Shown here in pieces: positions 1-7,658 of a stretch of DNA of 64,000 bases. Location of the stretch: IMG/VR virus record IMGVR_UViG_3300021185_003122, positions 16,260 through 80,259 of that record; one strand, written 5' to 3'. Numbering within the stretch: the stretch's first letter is position 1; every line of letters starts with the position of its first letter. A program made the position numbers and the translations under genes. This stretch comes from a virus. A model generated the notes under the pieces. It made no database searches. It worked only from the letters and a program-made list of their open reading frames with translations, and was not told the origin of the DNA.

Positions 1-696
1 GTTTACTCTTTTCCCTGTAGATGCTGCTGTTTTTTTAGCTTTAGGTGTAGAGCTTCCTCCGTTTCTTTTCCACATATCGTATTCAACTTTAGAGGCTAAG
101 AAGTCTGCACTGTGGAGTACTGATATGATAGATGTTTTTTGCCTAGACGTTTCAACATGACTGAAGAAGTAAGCTTCGTTTGCTTTATCAAATACTCCAT
201 CATGACATCTTATAGCTAAAAATTCTTTTTGACTAACCTTGATACCGAATTTCTGTAAAATAAATAAAGAACGGTCTGGGATTAACATAAAATCTAAATC
301 TGGATTAAATGTATACATCTCTGATAGCTTATCTTGTCTCCATTTATCAGTCTGAGGTATATAGTTTGGTTGTTCACCGTCTCCGAGTTTACCTAGATCG
401 TGAAATAATGCGGCAAATACAAGCTCTTCTACGGTGTAATCTATTGTTCCACCCATCTCTTGATATAACCTAGATTGTTTTACCGCATATTCCACTACTC
501 TATTGACATGATCGACATAACCTCCTGCAAAAGCACTATGATACCAAGACTTACCACTAGCAGGAGCCATTACGTAAATTTCTTCCATATGAGACATCAT
601 ATCTTTAATGGAATCTTTACGGTCACCTATGTAAGTGTCCACAATCTTAAGATGTTTTTCGTAGTTTTTTTGTATTTGTTCTGCCGATAATGACAT
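1..696 (-). CDS. HD-domain phosphohydrolase (YhaM-like), 3' end outside window
   Basis: Manual translation from ATG 696: MSLSAEQIQKN...WYHSAFAGGYVDH...ALFHDLGK...IRCHDG...LHSAD; open to position 1. Confidence 0.85.
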   Translation of the reverse strand, partial: MSLSAEQIQKNYEKHLKIVDTYIGDRKDSIKDMMSHMEEIYVMAPASGKSWYHSAFAGGYVDHVNRVVEYAVKQSRLYQEMGGTIDYTVEELVFAALFHDLGKLGDGEQPNYIPQTDKWRQDKLSEMYTFNPDLDFMLIPDRSLFILQKFGIKVSQKEFLAIRCHDGVFDKANEAYFFSHVETSRQKTSIISVLHSADFLASKVEYDMWKRNGGSSTPKAKKTAASTGKRVN

Positions 697-784
697 ATTA
701 GATTAATTTTATAGTTTATATTATATACTTTTATATTTATCTATATATATTTATATACTTATATATATATTTTTAATATATAAA

Positions 785-816
785 TTAAGATAATGATTTT
801 TTTTCAAAGAATCAAC
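785..816 (-). promoter_or_regulatory. Bacteroidetes-type promoter for the HD gene
   Basis: GTTG-N20-TATCTTAA on the minus strand. Confidence 0.55.
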
Positions 817-1415
817 TATTCTACAATAAATTTTGCAAAAATCTCTCTTCCTTTAGTTTCCATACCTGCTTCCCACCAAACTGTAGCTTTAATTTGTATA
901 GTATCACCTTTCATTTCGGGAGGAAATGGTCCTAAAATACGTTTTCCTGATACTCTTGCTTCGGAATACTTAGATAAAAGAATTCTATCTGACTGAACTA
1001 TAGGAAGTTCATCATTTTGAAACTCCCATGTAGTGTCTGTATCAAAAGTAGCTTGGACGACCGGGGATCCATTGTACCAATAGTCTTCGTTAGTAGTAGC
1101 AGCATCAACCAGTATACTAAACCTAGGGTAATACTGTCCGTTCCAATTTAAACTAACATGGTAAAAGCCATTTTCATCTTGTTTTTGTGAAAATACTAAA
1201 GAAGCACTACAATCTCCCGAATAACAAGTAGGAGCAGTAGTAAATTCTTCCTTAGAACAAGAAGTAAGCATAAATGATATAAGAAGTAGTAAAAGAAAGA
1301 ACAAACTAACATTAGTTACCTCACCATCTTCTTTATATGCTCTAAAAATACTGATAGTTACTAGAACTACTGGGAAAAATATCGCAAAAGCGAGTAAAAA
1401 GTGTAATAAATACAT
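816..1415 (-). CDS. hypothetical membrane/lipoprotein
   Basis: Two N-terminal hydrophobic segments, lipobox-like LTSC, own promoter. Confidence 0.6.
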   Translation of the reverse strand: MYLLHFLLAFAIFFPVVLVTISIFRAYKEDGEVTNVSLFFLLLLLISFMLTSCSKEEFTTAPTCYSGDCSASLVFSQKQDENGFYHVSLNWNGQYYPRFSILVDAATTNEDYWYNGSPVVQATFDTDTTWEFQNDELPIVQSDRILLSKYSEARVSGKRILGPFPPEMKGDTIQIKATVWWEAGMETKGREIFAKFIVE

Positions 1416-1433
1416 AACCTTAATTTTTATACT

Positions 1434-1465
1434 TAAATATAAGAAAAATAACTCAGTCAGGCAAC
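1434..1465 (-). promoter_or_regulatory. Bacteroidetes-type early promoter
   Basis: GTTG-N20-TATATTTA. Confidence 0.75.
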
Positions 1466-1469
1466 TATT

Positions 1470-1910
1470 TTAGTACCTTTCTTCGTTTATTTTTTGTACA
1501 GCAGCAATAGCTTGAGTAGGATGCATGTAAAACCCCTCTCTATTCTTACTTACTCTAAATTCTTTAAGGTATTCATGAGTTTTTTTCTCTAAATCATGTG
1601 CTTCGGTACATTCTACTGACCATTCTAGGTTCCATTTTTCAATTACACCTGTAGCAGAGTTAATTTCCTTAATCCTCTGCTGTGGAGACGTAGTAGTAAA
1701 ACCTATTTTAACTATTCCTGGCATAGATGGGTTAGTAAGTACGTAAACAAACTCTCCCCAAGTAGAAGAATATTCATCTAAACGTTCATTCATACCATTT
1801 AACCTCCATTGACAGTCATCTGCCATGGTAAGGTTACCTCTTTCAAGATAAACCTCTTTTCTTGTTCGCATTTCTGCTATTTCTGCCTTTAGCTCCGATA
1901 TTAGACTCAT
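1470..1910 (-). CDS. T5orf172/GIY-YIG family protein
   Basis: VYVLTNPSMPGIVKIGFT...R...E...H...REGF motifs. Confidence 0.85.
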   Translation of the reverse strand: MSLISELKAEIAEMRTRKEVYLERGNLTMADDCQWRLNGMNERLDEYSSTWGEFVYVLTNPSMPGIVKIGFTTTSPQQRIKEINSATGVIEKWNLEWSVECTEAHDLEKKTHEYLKEFRVSKNREGFYMHPTQAIAAVQKINEERY

Positions 1911-1929
1911 AACCTTAATTTTTATACTA

Positions 1930-1961
1930 TAAATATACGAATAATATCTCGGGGAGGCAAA
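1930..1961 (-). promoter_or_regulatory. Bacteroidetes-type early promoter
   Basis: TTTG-N20-TATATTTA. Confidence 0.7.
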
Positions 1962-2021
1962 GGTTTTTTATTAAAAGCGTTAGCTCGCCGCGCGAAACGC
2001 GCAAGCAGCACCGCGATTTTA

Positions 2022-2453
2022 CTATATAATAGTCTTAAAACTTCTTTTAGAAAGTAAATCTATGTATCTCTTTATAACAGCACACTTCTCATACTCTTCA
2101 AGTTTCTCATAATAGACTCTTAAGTGATCTAAACAGTAATCAACATCCTTCCTATCGAAAGACTCTCCTACCTTGTATATACTATCGAAGTTTGTAGAAT
2201 TAATTCGTGTTAGATAAGAGTATAGCTTATTGTAGTATTTGTACTTAGTAAGGTTTCTTATCTTCTTATAGGGACCTGGATACTGCTTTAGGTACATCAT
2301 ATCCATCATCTGGTAGTTCTCTATGCCTCTGAGTACCATACCCATAAGAACAAAAGGGTTATTGAGGGCATCCTCCATGCCGTGTTCCTTGTAGACTTGC
2401 TCGTCACCTTGCTCAAATATACTAAATAGAGTATTAGGGTCTATTGATTGCAT
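2022..2453 (-). CDS. hypothetical protein
   Basis: 143-aa ORF with CTATTTAT-N4-ATG start; C-terminal EEYEKCA (UVR-like) motif. Confidence 0.7.
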   Translation of the reverse strand: MQSIDPNTLFSIFEQGDEQVYKEHGMEDALNNPFVLMGMVLRGIENYQMMDMMYLKQYPGPYKKIRNLTKYKYYNKLYSYLTRINSTNFDSIYKVGESFDRKDVDYCLDHLRVYYEKLEEYEKCAVIKRYIDLLSKRSFKTII

Positions 2454-2512
2454 GATAATAAATAGGTGTTTCTATATAGCGAAATTTTTTCTCGGAAATT
2501 TTCCCGGTATTT

Positions 2513-2544
2513 CTTGTCTATTATACGAAAAGTTCTTATATTAT
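2513..2544 (+). promoter_or_regulatory. Bacteroidetes-type promoter for the plus-strand operon
   Basis: CTTG-N20-TATATTAT, 6 nt before ATG 2551. Confidence 0.6.
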
Positions 2545-2550
2545 TAATAT

Positions 2551-2712
2551 ATGATAAAGTTAGACGTAAACATAGGGGATACAATCCTAATGGGTAAGTT
2601 TAAAAATAAACGAGTTAAAATAAAAACTATAGAGTACGATGAGTTTGGTATGCCTCTCATCAATGGCAAACCTGGTTGTACTTTTAGAATGGTTCCTAAT
2701 CCAAGAAAATGA
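2551..2712 (+). CDS. small hypothetical protein (53 aa)
   Basis: MIKLDVNIGDTILMGKFKNKRVKIKTIEYDEFGMPLINGKPGCTFRMVPNPRK; ATGA overlap with next gene; below ORF-track cutoff. Confidence 0.7.
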   Translation: MIKLDVNIGDTILMGKFKNKRVKIKTIEYDEFGMPLINGKPGCTFRMVPNPRK

Positions 2713-2897
2713 GTCAAAGTTTTATTATTAGTGCTACTGTATTTGTTATCATAATGGTGATCTTCCACATCGTTAAAGATATCTTTCTCTCTACTTACCT
2801 TAGCTCTAGTATGCGCACCAGAGTTAACAGAAGGTGGCTTATAAGTACGGCAATAGGTTTAGTTATACTATATCTTGTATACGGTACTAACTACTAA
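2709..2897 (+). CDS. small membrane protein (2 TM)
   Basis: Two hydrophobic stretches; operon context. Confidence 0.65.
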   Translation: MSQSFIISATVFVIIMVIFHIVKDIFLSTYLSSSMRTRVNRRWLISTAIGLVILYLVYGTNY

Positions 2898-2900
2898 TAT

Positions 2901-3134
2901 ATGAAGAAGCTAATAGAATATATCTTTATAGGTCTTCTTATTATGTTATTTATCTTTGCAGCCTCATGTACTGATGATAATCTAATATGTTCTAAAGGAG
3001 AAGTAAATAATGGTGTTGTATGTGCAGAGATATATCAACCTATAAGAGCACCCGATGGTACTATATACTCTAATTCATGCTATGCAGAAGCAGATGGATG
3101 GGATAATAGCTGTTTAATATTAATCAATATATAA
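2901..3134 (+). CDS. lipoprotein with Kazal-like protease-inhibitor domain
   Basis: Signal peptide plus FAASC; CAEIYQPIRAPDGTIYSNSCYA resembles Kazal CxxxYxPVCGxDGxTYxNxC. Confidence 0.6.
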   Translation: MKKLIEYIFIGLLIMLFIFAASCTDDNLICSKGEVNNGVVCAEIYQPIRAPDGTIYSNSCYAEADGWDNSCLILINI

Positions 3135-3392
3135 ATATATACATATATATAACCTATATCACTAAAAATCATAAGCTAGAGGAAAATGAGACAAGCTCAC
3201 CCGAGCTCCTTACGAGCCCTTTAGGGAACAATACCGGCACTGTTATATCAATGTGACGTCAATATTACAGCAACCGGCTATCATCCCAGACGGAAGTATG
3301 AAAACCGTCCTATGTTTTTTTCTGGTGAGGTAGGAAAGGAATTATATATAAATAAATTAATACCTATATATAATCCTCTCTCTATTATATTA

Positions 3393-3857
3393 TTATTTAA
3401 CCAACCACAATCTATTATTAATATTAATCTTTTCTTTAATTAACATACCACTTCTTCTACACCAATTTTCAAACCTATCATTATAATCATTTACATTCCA
3501 CCTTCCACTTCTAAAATTATATAACAAACCAAATAAATTATTATTATCAAACCTATTCATAAATTCACTTAATAATACCTTTTTATTATCACCAATATAT
3601 TTCTTTAATATATCTTTAAATAATATATCCATATTATTATTCCCATATACCTTTTTATTCTTCACAACAATTACATCATATTTCTTTCTATTCATATAAT
3701 TATAATCCACTTCAACACAACATATATCATTATAACCTTCTAATTCATAATAATCATTCCATTTAACATCTTTAAATTTAACAATATCATTTCTAACATT
3801 ATCAAATTCATAACCTTTTTCAACAAAATAATTTAATACTTTTTCAAATCTTTTCAT
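3393..3857 (-). CDS. hypothetical protein encoded without cytosine (no A/P/T/Q/H)
   Basis: 154-aa ORF, own promoter at 3894-3925, AAAAGT-ATG start. Confidence 0.8.
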   Translation of the reverse strand: MKRFEKVLNYFVEKGYEFDNVRNDIVKFKDVKWNDYYELEGYNDICCVEVDYNYMNRKKYDVIVVKNKKVYGNNNMDILFKDILKKYIGDNKKVLLSEFMNRFDNNNLFGLLYNFRSGRWNVNDYNDRFENWCRRSGMLIKEKININNRLWLVK

Positions 3858-3893
3858 ACTTTTTAATTTTAATTATTATTAATTTTTATACTA

Positions 3894-3925
3894 TAAATAT
3901 ACAATTTTTATTTCAATTTACAAAC
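3894..3925 (-). promoter_or_regulatory. C-free variant of the early promoter
   Basis: GTTTG...ATTGTATATTTA; the C of the usual TTC(T/G)TATATTTA is absent. Confidence 0.7.
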
Positions 3926-3947
3926 TTTTTTAACATTTATTTTTAAA

Positions 3948-4364
3948 TTATTTATCATTTAAATAAATTTCCAAACCATCCATTAAACATTCTTCTTTTC
4001 CACTTATCACAATTCCACCAAATTCTTCCCTATTCTCTCCACACTTAATAAAATTAATCAACAAACTATTCATTTTATTATATTCAATATACCATTCTTC
4101 ACTATCATCACTCATATTCATAACAACAATATTTCTATCATCATTTCTTTCATACCTTCCAAATTCATCAATAATATATTCATACCCTTCATCAATACAT
4201 TCATTTTTAAAATCATTATACCAAATATCAAATATCTTATCATTCAATACAACATCTTCAAAATCTTCTTCACATCTACTTCCAAAATATAATTTAATAT
4301 ATTTTCTTTCAACACCATTTTTTAAAACCTCATTTCTTAATAATTCATTTTTAATCATTTCCAT
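3948..4364 (-). CDS. acidic hypothetical protein encoded without cytosine (no A/P/T/Q/H)
   Basis: 138-aa ORF downstream of promoter 4415-4446. Confidence 0.8.
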   Translation of the reverse strand: MEMIKNELLRNEVLKNGVERKYIKLYFGSRCEEDFEDVVLNDKIFDIWYNDFKNECIDEGYEYIIDEFGRYERNDDRNIVVMNMSDDSEEWYIEYNKMNSLLINFIKCGENREEFGGIVISGKEECLMDGLEIYLNDK

Positions 4365-4414
4365 ACTTTTTAAATTTAAATTAATTAATATAATATTCCC
4401 TTTTTATATTTATA

Positions 4415-4446
4415 TAAAGATAAGAAATAAAATTGTAACTACAAAC
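4415..4446 (-). promoter_or_regulatory. early promoter of the C-free unit
   Basis: GTTTG...TTCTTATCTTTA; the last coding-strand C (4419) lies inside the -7 box. Confidence 0.75.
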
Positions 4447-4465
4447 ATTTTATTAATATATTTGC

Positions 4466-4488
4466 TAATTTATAATCAATATAAATTA
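4466..4488. promoter_or_regulatory. palindromic operator-like site
   Basis: TAATTTATA-N5-TATAAATTA; related copy at 7463-7485 at the same distance from its promoter. Confidence 0.45.
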
Positions 4489-4496
4489 AAAATAAA

Positions 4497-4528
4497 GTTG
4501 GCTATATGAAATCTTATTCGTACATTTA
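4497..4528 (+). promoter_or_regulatory. divergent plus-strand promoter with no convincing gene
   Basis: GTTG-N20-TACATTTA preceded by TTCG. Confidence 0.55.
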
Positions 4529-4649
4529 GGTCATGATTTGTATTCAAAATTTAACTCTTAAATTATATAATAGTAGCTCTAAACCTACTATGGGAGTAAG
4601 ATGGGAAGGGAATACGAAATGCTTGATAGGCAGTTTCTTGATATACTGA

Positions 4650-4961
4650 TTAAGCAGCCAAAGAGCCTGATTCCGGAAGGATAGAGGCATCCACTAAACT
4701 TAAAGTATAAGTAGTCTTCTGAGACATCATATCAAATGTATACAAAGAGAGGCTAGTACGTCCAACCTTATTGACGTTCATACCACTAATACCATTCCAG
4801 ACACTATAGGACATTTTATTCTTATAACCCTCATAAGCTGATACCTTATACTCTTTTCCGGCATATGATATCTTAATCATTTCACCGTCCTTAAGGCCAT
4901 ATATAGCTTTAATGATTGGAGCGGCTTTCTTAACTTTATCTGAATATTTTAACTTTCTCAT
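4650..4961 (-). CDS. hypothetical protein
   Basis: 103-aa ORF, promoter at 4985-5016. Confidence 0.7.
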   Translation of the reverse strand: MRKLKYSDKVKKAAPIIKAIYGLKDGEMIKISYAGKEYKVSAYEGYKNKMSYSVWNGISGMNVNKVGRTSLSLYTFDMMSQKTTYTLSLVDASILPESGSLAA

Positions 4962-4984
4962 AACCCTTATTTTTTAAATATACC

Positions 4985-5016
4985 TTAATATACGAACTAT
5001 TATCCGTACTTCCAAC
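4985..5016 (-). promoter_or_regulatory. early promoter
   Basis: GTTG-N20-TATATTAA. Confidence 0.7.
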
Positions 5017-5139
5017 TGTTTAAGGGGTTATTTTAGGGGTCTATATAGAAAAAAAATAATAGTGACACACACAAACCTATCTCATTCTATCGATAATCCA
5101 TACACCTATCATACCTCATTCTACACATTAATCGGTATT

Positions 5140-5448
5140 TCATTGCTCGCTCGTTGCTCGTTTATTGCTCGTAATAGACGTTAGTTCATCAAAATAGAGG
5201 TTAGGATGGATCTTTAGGCCGTCCAATTGGTACTCTCTTATAATAAACATCTCTCTATCAATATCATCTTTTATATGTATAGAGGTGTTGTCAAAATCAT
5301 TCTCTTTAGCAGATACCTTCTCTACTAATTCCAGAATCCCAATACCTAATACCAGCAATATTAAAATAATAATCGACACTACAGCAATTTGATATGAAGT
5401 ACGGATGGAAGGACGATCATAATAAGGATGGTTGTTATTTTCTTTCAT
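5140..5448 (-). CDS. hypothetical membrane protein
   Basis: Single TM segment IAVVSIIILILLVLGIGIL. Confidence 0.6.
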   Translation of the reverse strand: MKENNNHPYYDRPSIRTSYQIAVVSIIILILLVLGIGILELVEKVSAKENDFDNTSIHIKDDIDREMFIIREYQLDGLKIHPNLYFDELTSITSNKRATSEQ

Positions 5449-5527
5449 AAACTTTTGTTAAATTCGCGCGTGACGACTTCGTCAAGAGAGAGAAAGGCGC
5501 ACCCAACTCTCCCCCTCCTCCTTTATC

Positions 5528-6037
5528 CTATTCAAATAAGCTCAATTGACCAAACTTATTCTCTTTCTCTATCAATTCATAAGCAGCCTGCACTTTAGTA
5601 GTTGGTTTGAATCCATTAGCTCTCCAATCAAATACCTCTCCATCTTTAACAGTTAAAGCATGATTAGCTATCATTACCATATAAGTACCAGTCAAATGAG
5701 AACTAATAAAACTCTTAAGCGTCTTTTTTCTGAAGATCACTTCTCCGTGCAACTTATATCTATTCTTTATCTCTCCTTTTCCTAACACTCTTACAGCAAA
5801 CTCTTTTCCTTCTAATTCAATTCCGGAAGTTTCAGCCATTAACATTTGAGAAACAATATTCATATTATTAGTTCCTCTTTTATTTTCTCTACCAAAAAAA
5901 TCTTTACAGAATTTATGAGCAGTTCTATAAGTAATATCAGCAGCAGATGCAACCGACCTTACAACACAATCATTTTTTTCATTTTTAGCTAAATCCGAAT
6001 CGAAAGAAGCATACTTTTTATTAACAGTTAAATACAT
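5528..6037 (-). CDS. phage protein with NDCVVR...H motif (possible papain-fold)
   Basis: NDCVVRSVA and HALTVKDG motifs; promoter at 6062-6093. Confidence 0.6.
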   Translation of the reverse strand: MYLTVNKKYASFDSDLAKNEKNDCVVRSVASAADITYRTAHKFCKDFFGRENKRGTNNMNIVSQMLMAETSGIELEGKEFAVRVLGKGEIKNRYKLHGEVIFRKKTLKSFISSHLTGTYMVMIANHALTVKDGEVFDWRANGFKPTTKVQAAYELIEKENKFGQLSLFE

Positions 6038-6061
6038 ATCTTTTTATTTTTTTATTATACC

Positions 6062-6093
6062 TTAATATACGAACTTTATATCAAACCGCCAAC
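6062..6093 (-). promoter_or_regulatory. early promoter
   Basis: GTTG-N20-TATATTAA. Confidence 0.7.
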
Positions 6094-6488
6094 TGTTCCA
6101 CTAACTTTTTTCCGTAATTATTTAAATTAGTTTTCTTATCCAGAAAGTACTTAACTTCATCCCAACCATTCTCTAGCGTTCTTAAGGAGAAATATTTAGA
6201 GTTAGGTTTAGTAGGTTGCTCTAACCAGTCAATAGGATAAGGAATATACTTATCAGATTCCCAAAACTTAATCCGTTTCATCTTACCATCATCAGATGGA
6301 GTATTATGAGATAAGAATTGATCTACATTCCAGTCTACTAATGCTTCAAAATCTGCTTCCGGATCTCCAATATCATTCCAATCAAACAATACTGAATCTA
6401 TTAACACATCTACATCATACTCATTTACATCCGCTTCATTCCTTACGAATGCTTTTACAATATAATCTTTTACATAACTTCTATCCAT
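6081..6488 (-). CDS. hypothetical protein
   Basis: Track ORF 6081-6524; start more likely ATG 6488, just after the upstream stop. Confidence 0.6.
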   Translation of the reverse strand: MDRSYVKDYIVKAFVRNEADVNEYDVDVLIDSVLFDWNDIGDPEADFEALVDWNVDQFLSHNTPSDDGKMKRIKFWESDKYIPYPIDWLEQPTKPNSKYFSLRTLENGWDEVKYFLDKKTNLNNYGKKLVEQLAV

Positions 6489-6489
6489 A

Positions 6490-6801
6490 TTATTCTTCAT
6501 ATAATTCATTACCGTTAACATCAAAATGATAACTATATCCTCCTTGCGAATCTCTAATATCTAATTTACAAGCAACATTCTCAAACGGAACATTCTTATC
6601 ATCCTCTATACTAAAGAAAGATTCATCTACATTCCAATCTCCTTCTTCATACTCTTTCCTTATCATATCATTATCATACAATCCAATAATCATTCCTCCA
6701 TCAGCATATTCAAACTCATCATGCATTCTGAATTTCAAATCACCAATACTAATACTTTCAATTCTTTCTTTACTACTTTTTTCTACAACAACATTTTTCA
6801 T
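6490..6801 (-). CDS. acidic hypothetical protein, C-poor coding sequence
   Basis: 103-aa ORF, promoter at 6824-6855. Confidence 0.7.
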   Translation of the reverse strand: MKNVVVEKSSKERIESISIGDLKFRMHDEFEYADGGMIIGLYDNDMIRKEYEEGDWNVDESFFSIEDDKNVPFENVACKLDIRDSQGGYSYHFDVNGNELYEE

Positions 6802-6823
6802 ATCTTTTATCTTTTTATTTACC

Positions 6824-6855
6824 TAAATATACGATTTTTATTTCGACTTACAAAC
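6824..6855 (-). promoter_or_regulatory. early promoter
   Basis: GTTTGTA...ATCGTATATTTA. Confidence 0.7.
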
Positions 6856-7137
6856 TTATTTAGTAATTATTTCAATAAATCTTCCCCACTCTTTATTATA
6901 ATCCTCAATCAAATCATAAGCACAATCATCATCCATACTGAAGAGAATATCAAACATCTCATCATCATTCTCACCTGCATAAAATGCTGGTCTGTCTTCA
7001 AATGCTTCTGAAACTTTATCAAACGTTTCCTTATCAACATTTTCTAAAATCTTTACATCTTCCGCATCATCCCCCCAAAAGAGAGCAGTATTAGCTTTTA
7101 ACTTTAAATCTTTAATAACTTTTCTTGAATCTGTCAT
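6856..7137 (-). CDS. acidic hypothetical protein
   Basis: 93-aa ORF, promoter at 7171-7202. Confidence 0.7.
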   Translation of the reverse strand: MTDSRKVIKDLKLKANTALFWGDDAEDVKILENVDKETFDKVSEAFEDRPAFYAGENDDEMFDILFSMDDDCAYDLIEDYNKEWGRFIEIITK

Positions 7138-7194
7138 AACCTTTATTTTTTATCTTTTAATTATTATACCTAAATATATGATTCTTTTATCGAA

Positions 7195-7389
7195 CTAGCA
7201 ACTTTCTTTTAAGTTATTTTTAAAAACTTTTGAATCGAAAAATAAATGACCAGCCAAATCTTCAGTATTATTAATACCAGCTTCTTCTGCTTCTAATACA
7301 ATTAAATTCTTTTCATCTTCAGTTAACCAATCAATCAAGTTAATTTTTAAAATTTCCTCTAAACCTTTTTTAAATTCTAATAATATCAT
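7195..7389 (-). CDS. hypothetical protein
   Basis: 64-aa ORF, promoter at 7412-7443. Confidence 0.65.
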   Translation of the reverse strand: MILLEFKKGLEEILKINLIDWLTEDEKNLIVLEAEEAGINNTEDLAGHLFFDSKVFKNNLKESC

Positions 7390-7511
7390 ATCTTTTAATT
7401 TTAATTACACCTTAATTTACGATTACTATTTCGACTTACAAACTTTTTTTACATTTATTTTTTAATTTATACTCATTCTAAATAAACCAATTTCCGGAAA
7501 GAAAGAGGTAC

Positions 7512-7541
7512 AAAAAAGAAAAAGGGAGCAAAAAGCTCCCC
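7512..7541 (-). terminator. intrinsic terminator
   Basis: GGGAGC-TTTTT-GCTCCC hairpin followed by a T-rich tract on the minus strand. Confidence 0.7.
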
Positions 7542-7658
7542 AATTCCATAATTAAAAAATAAAAGTATGTAGCAGTATGAAGATGGGTACTGCAAAACCC
7601 AATACTATTGTAGCAACAGTTGAAAACTTATCTATCCAATTTATAAATTTATCTTCCA

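Larger units (their letters stand above)
3340..4418 (-). other. 1079-nt cytosine-free transcription unit (no G on plus strand)
   Basis: Flanking plus-strand G residues at 3339 and 4419, none in between (read line by line). Confidence 0.95.

Noticed and set aside
1-696. DatZ/Z-genome system (HD protein with family A polymerase)
   Set aside because: The HD protein looks YhaM-like and no purZ or mazZ is visible in the window
475-996. Plus-strand ORFs 475-690 and 793-996, and most other plus-strand ORFs in the track
   Set aside because: Antisense shadows of well-supported minus-strand genes, with no promoter or motifs
2544-2768. Minus-strand 74-aa ORF
   Set aside because: Antisense to the promoter-backed, translationally coupled plus-strand operon
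3340-4418. C-free zone explained as simple AT richness or low-complexity junk
   Set aside because: C is plentiful on the plus strand while G is zero; both ORFs are long, non-repetitive and have standard promoters
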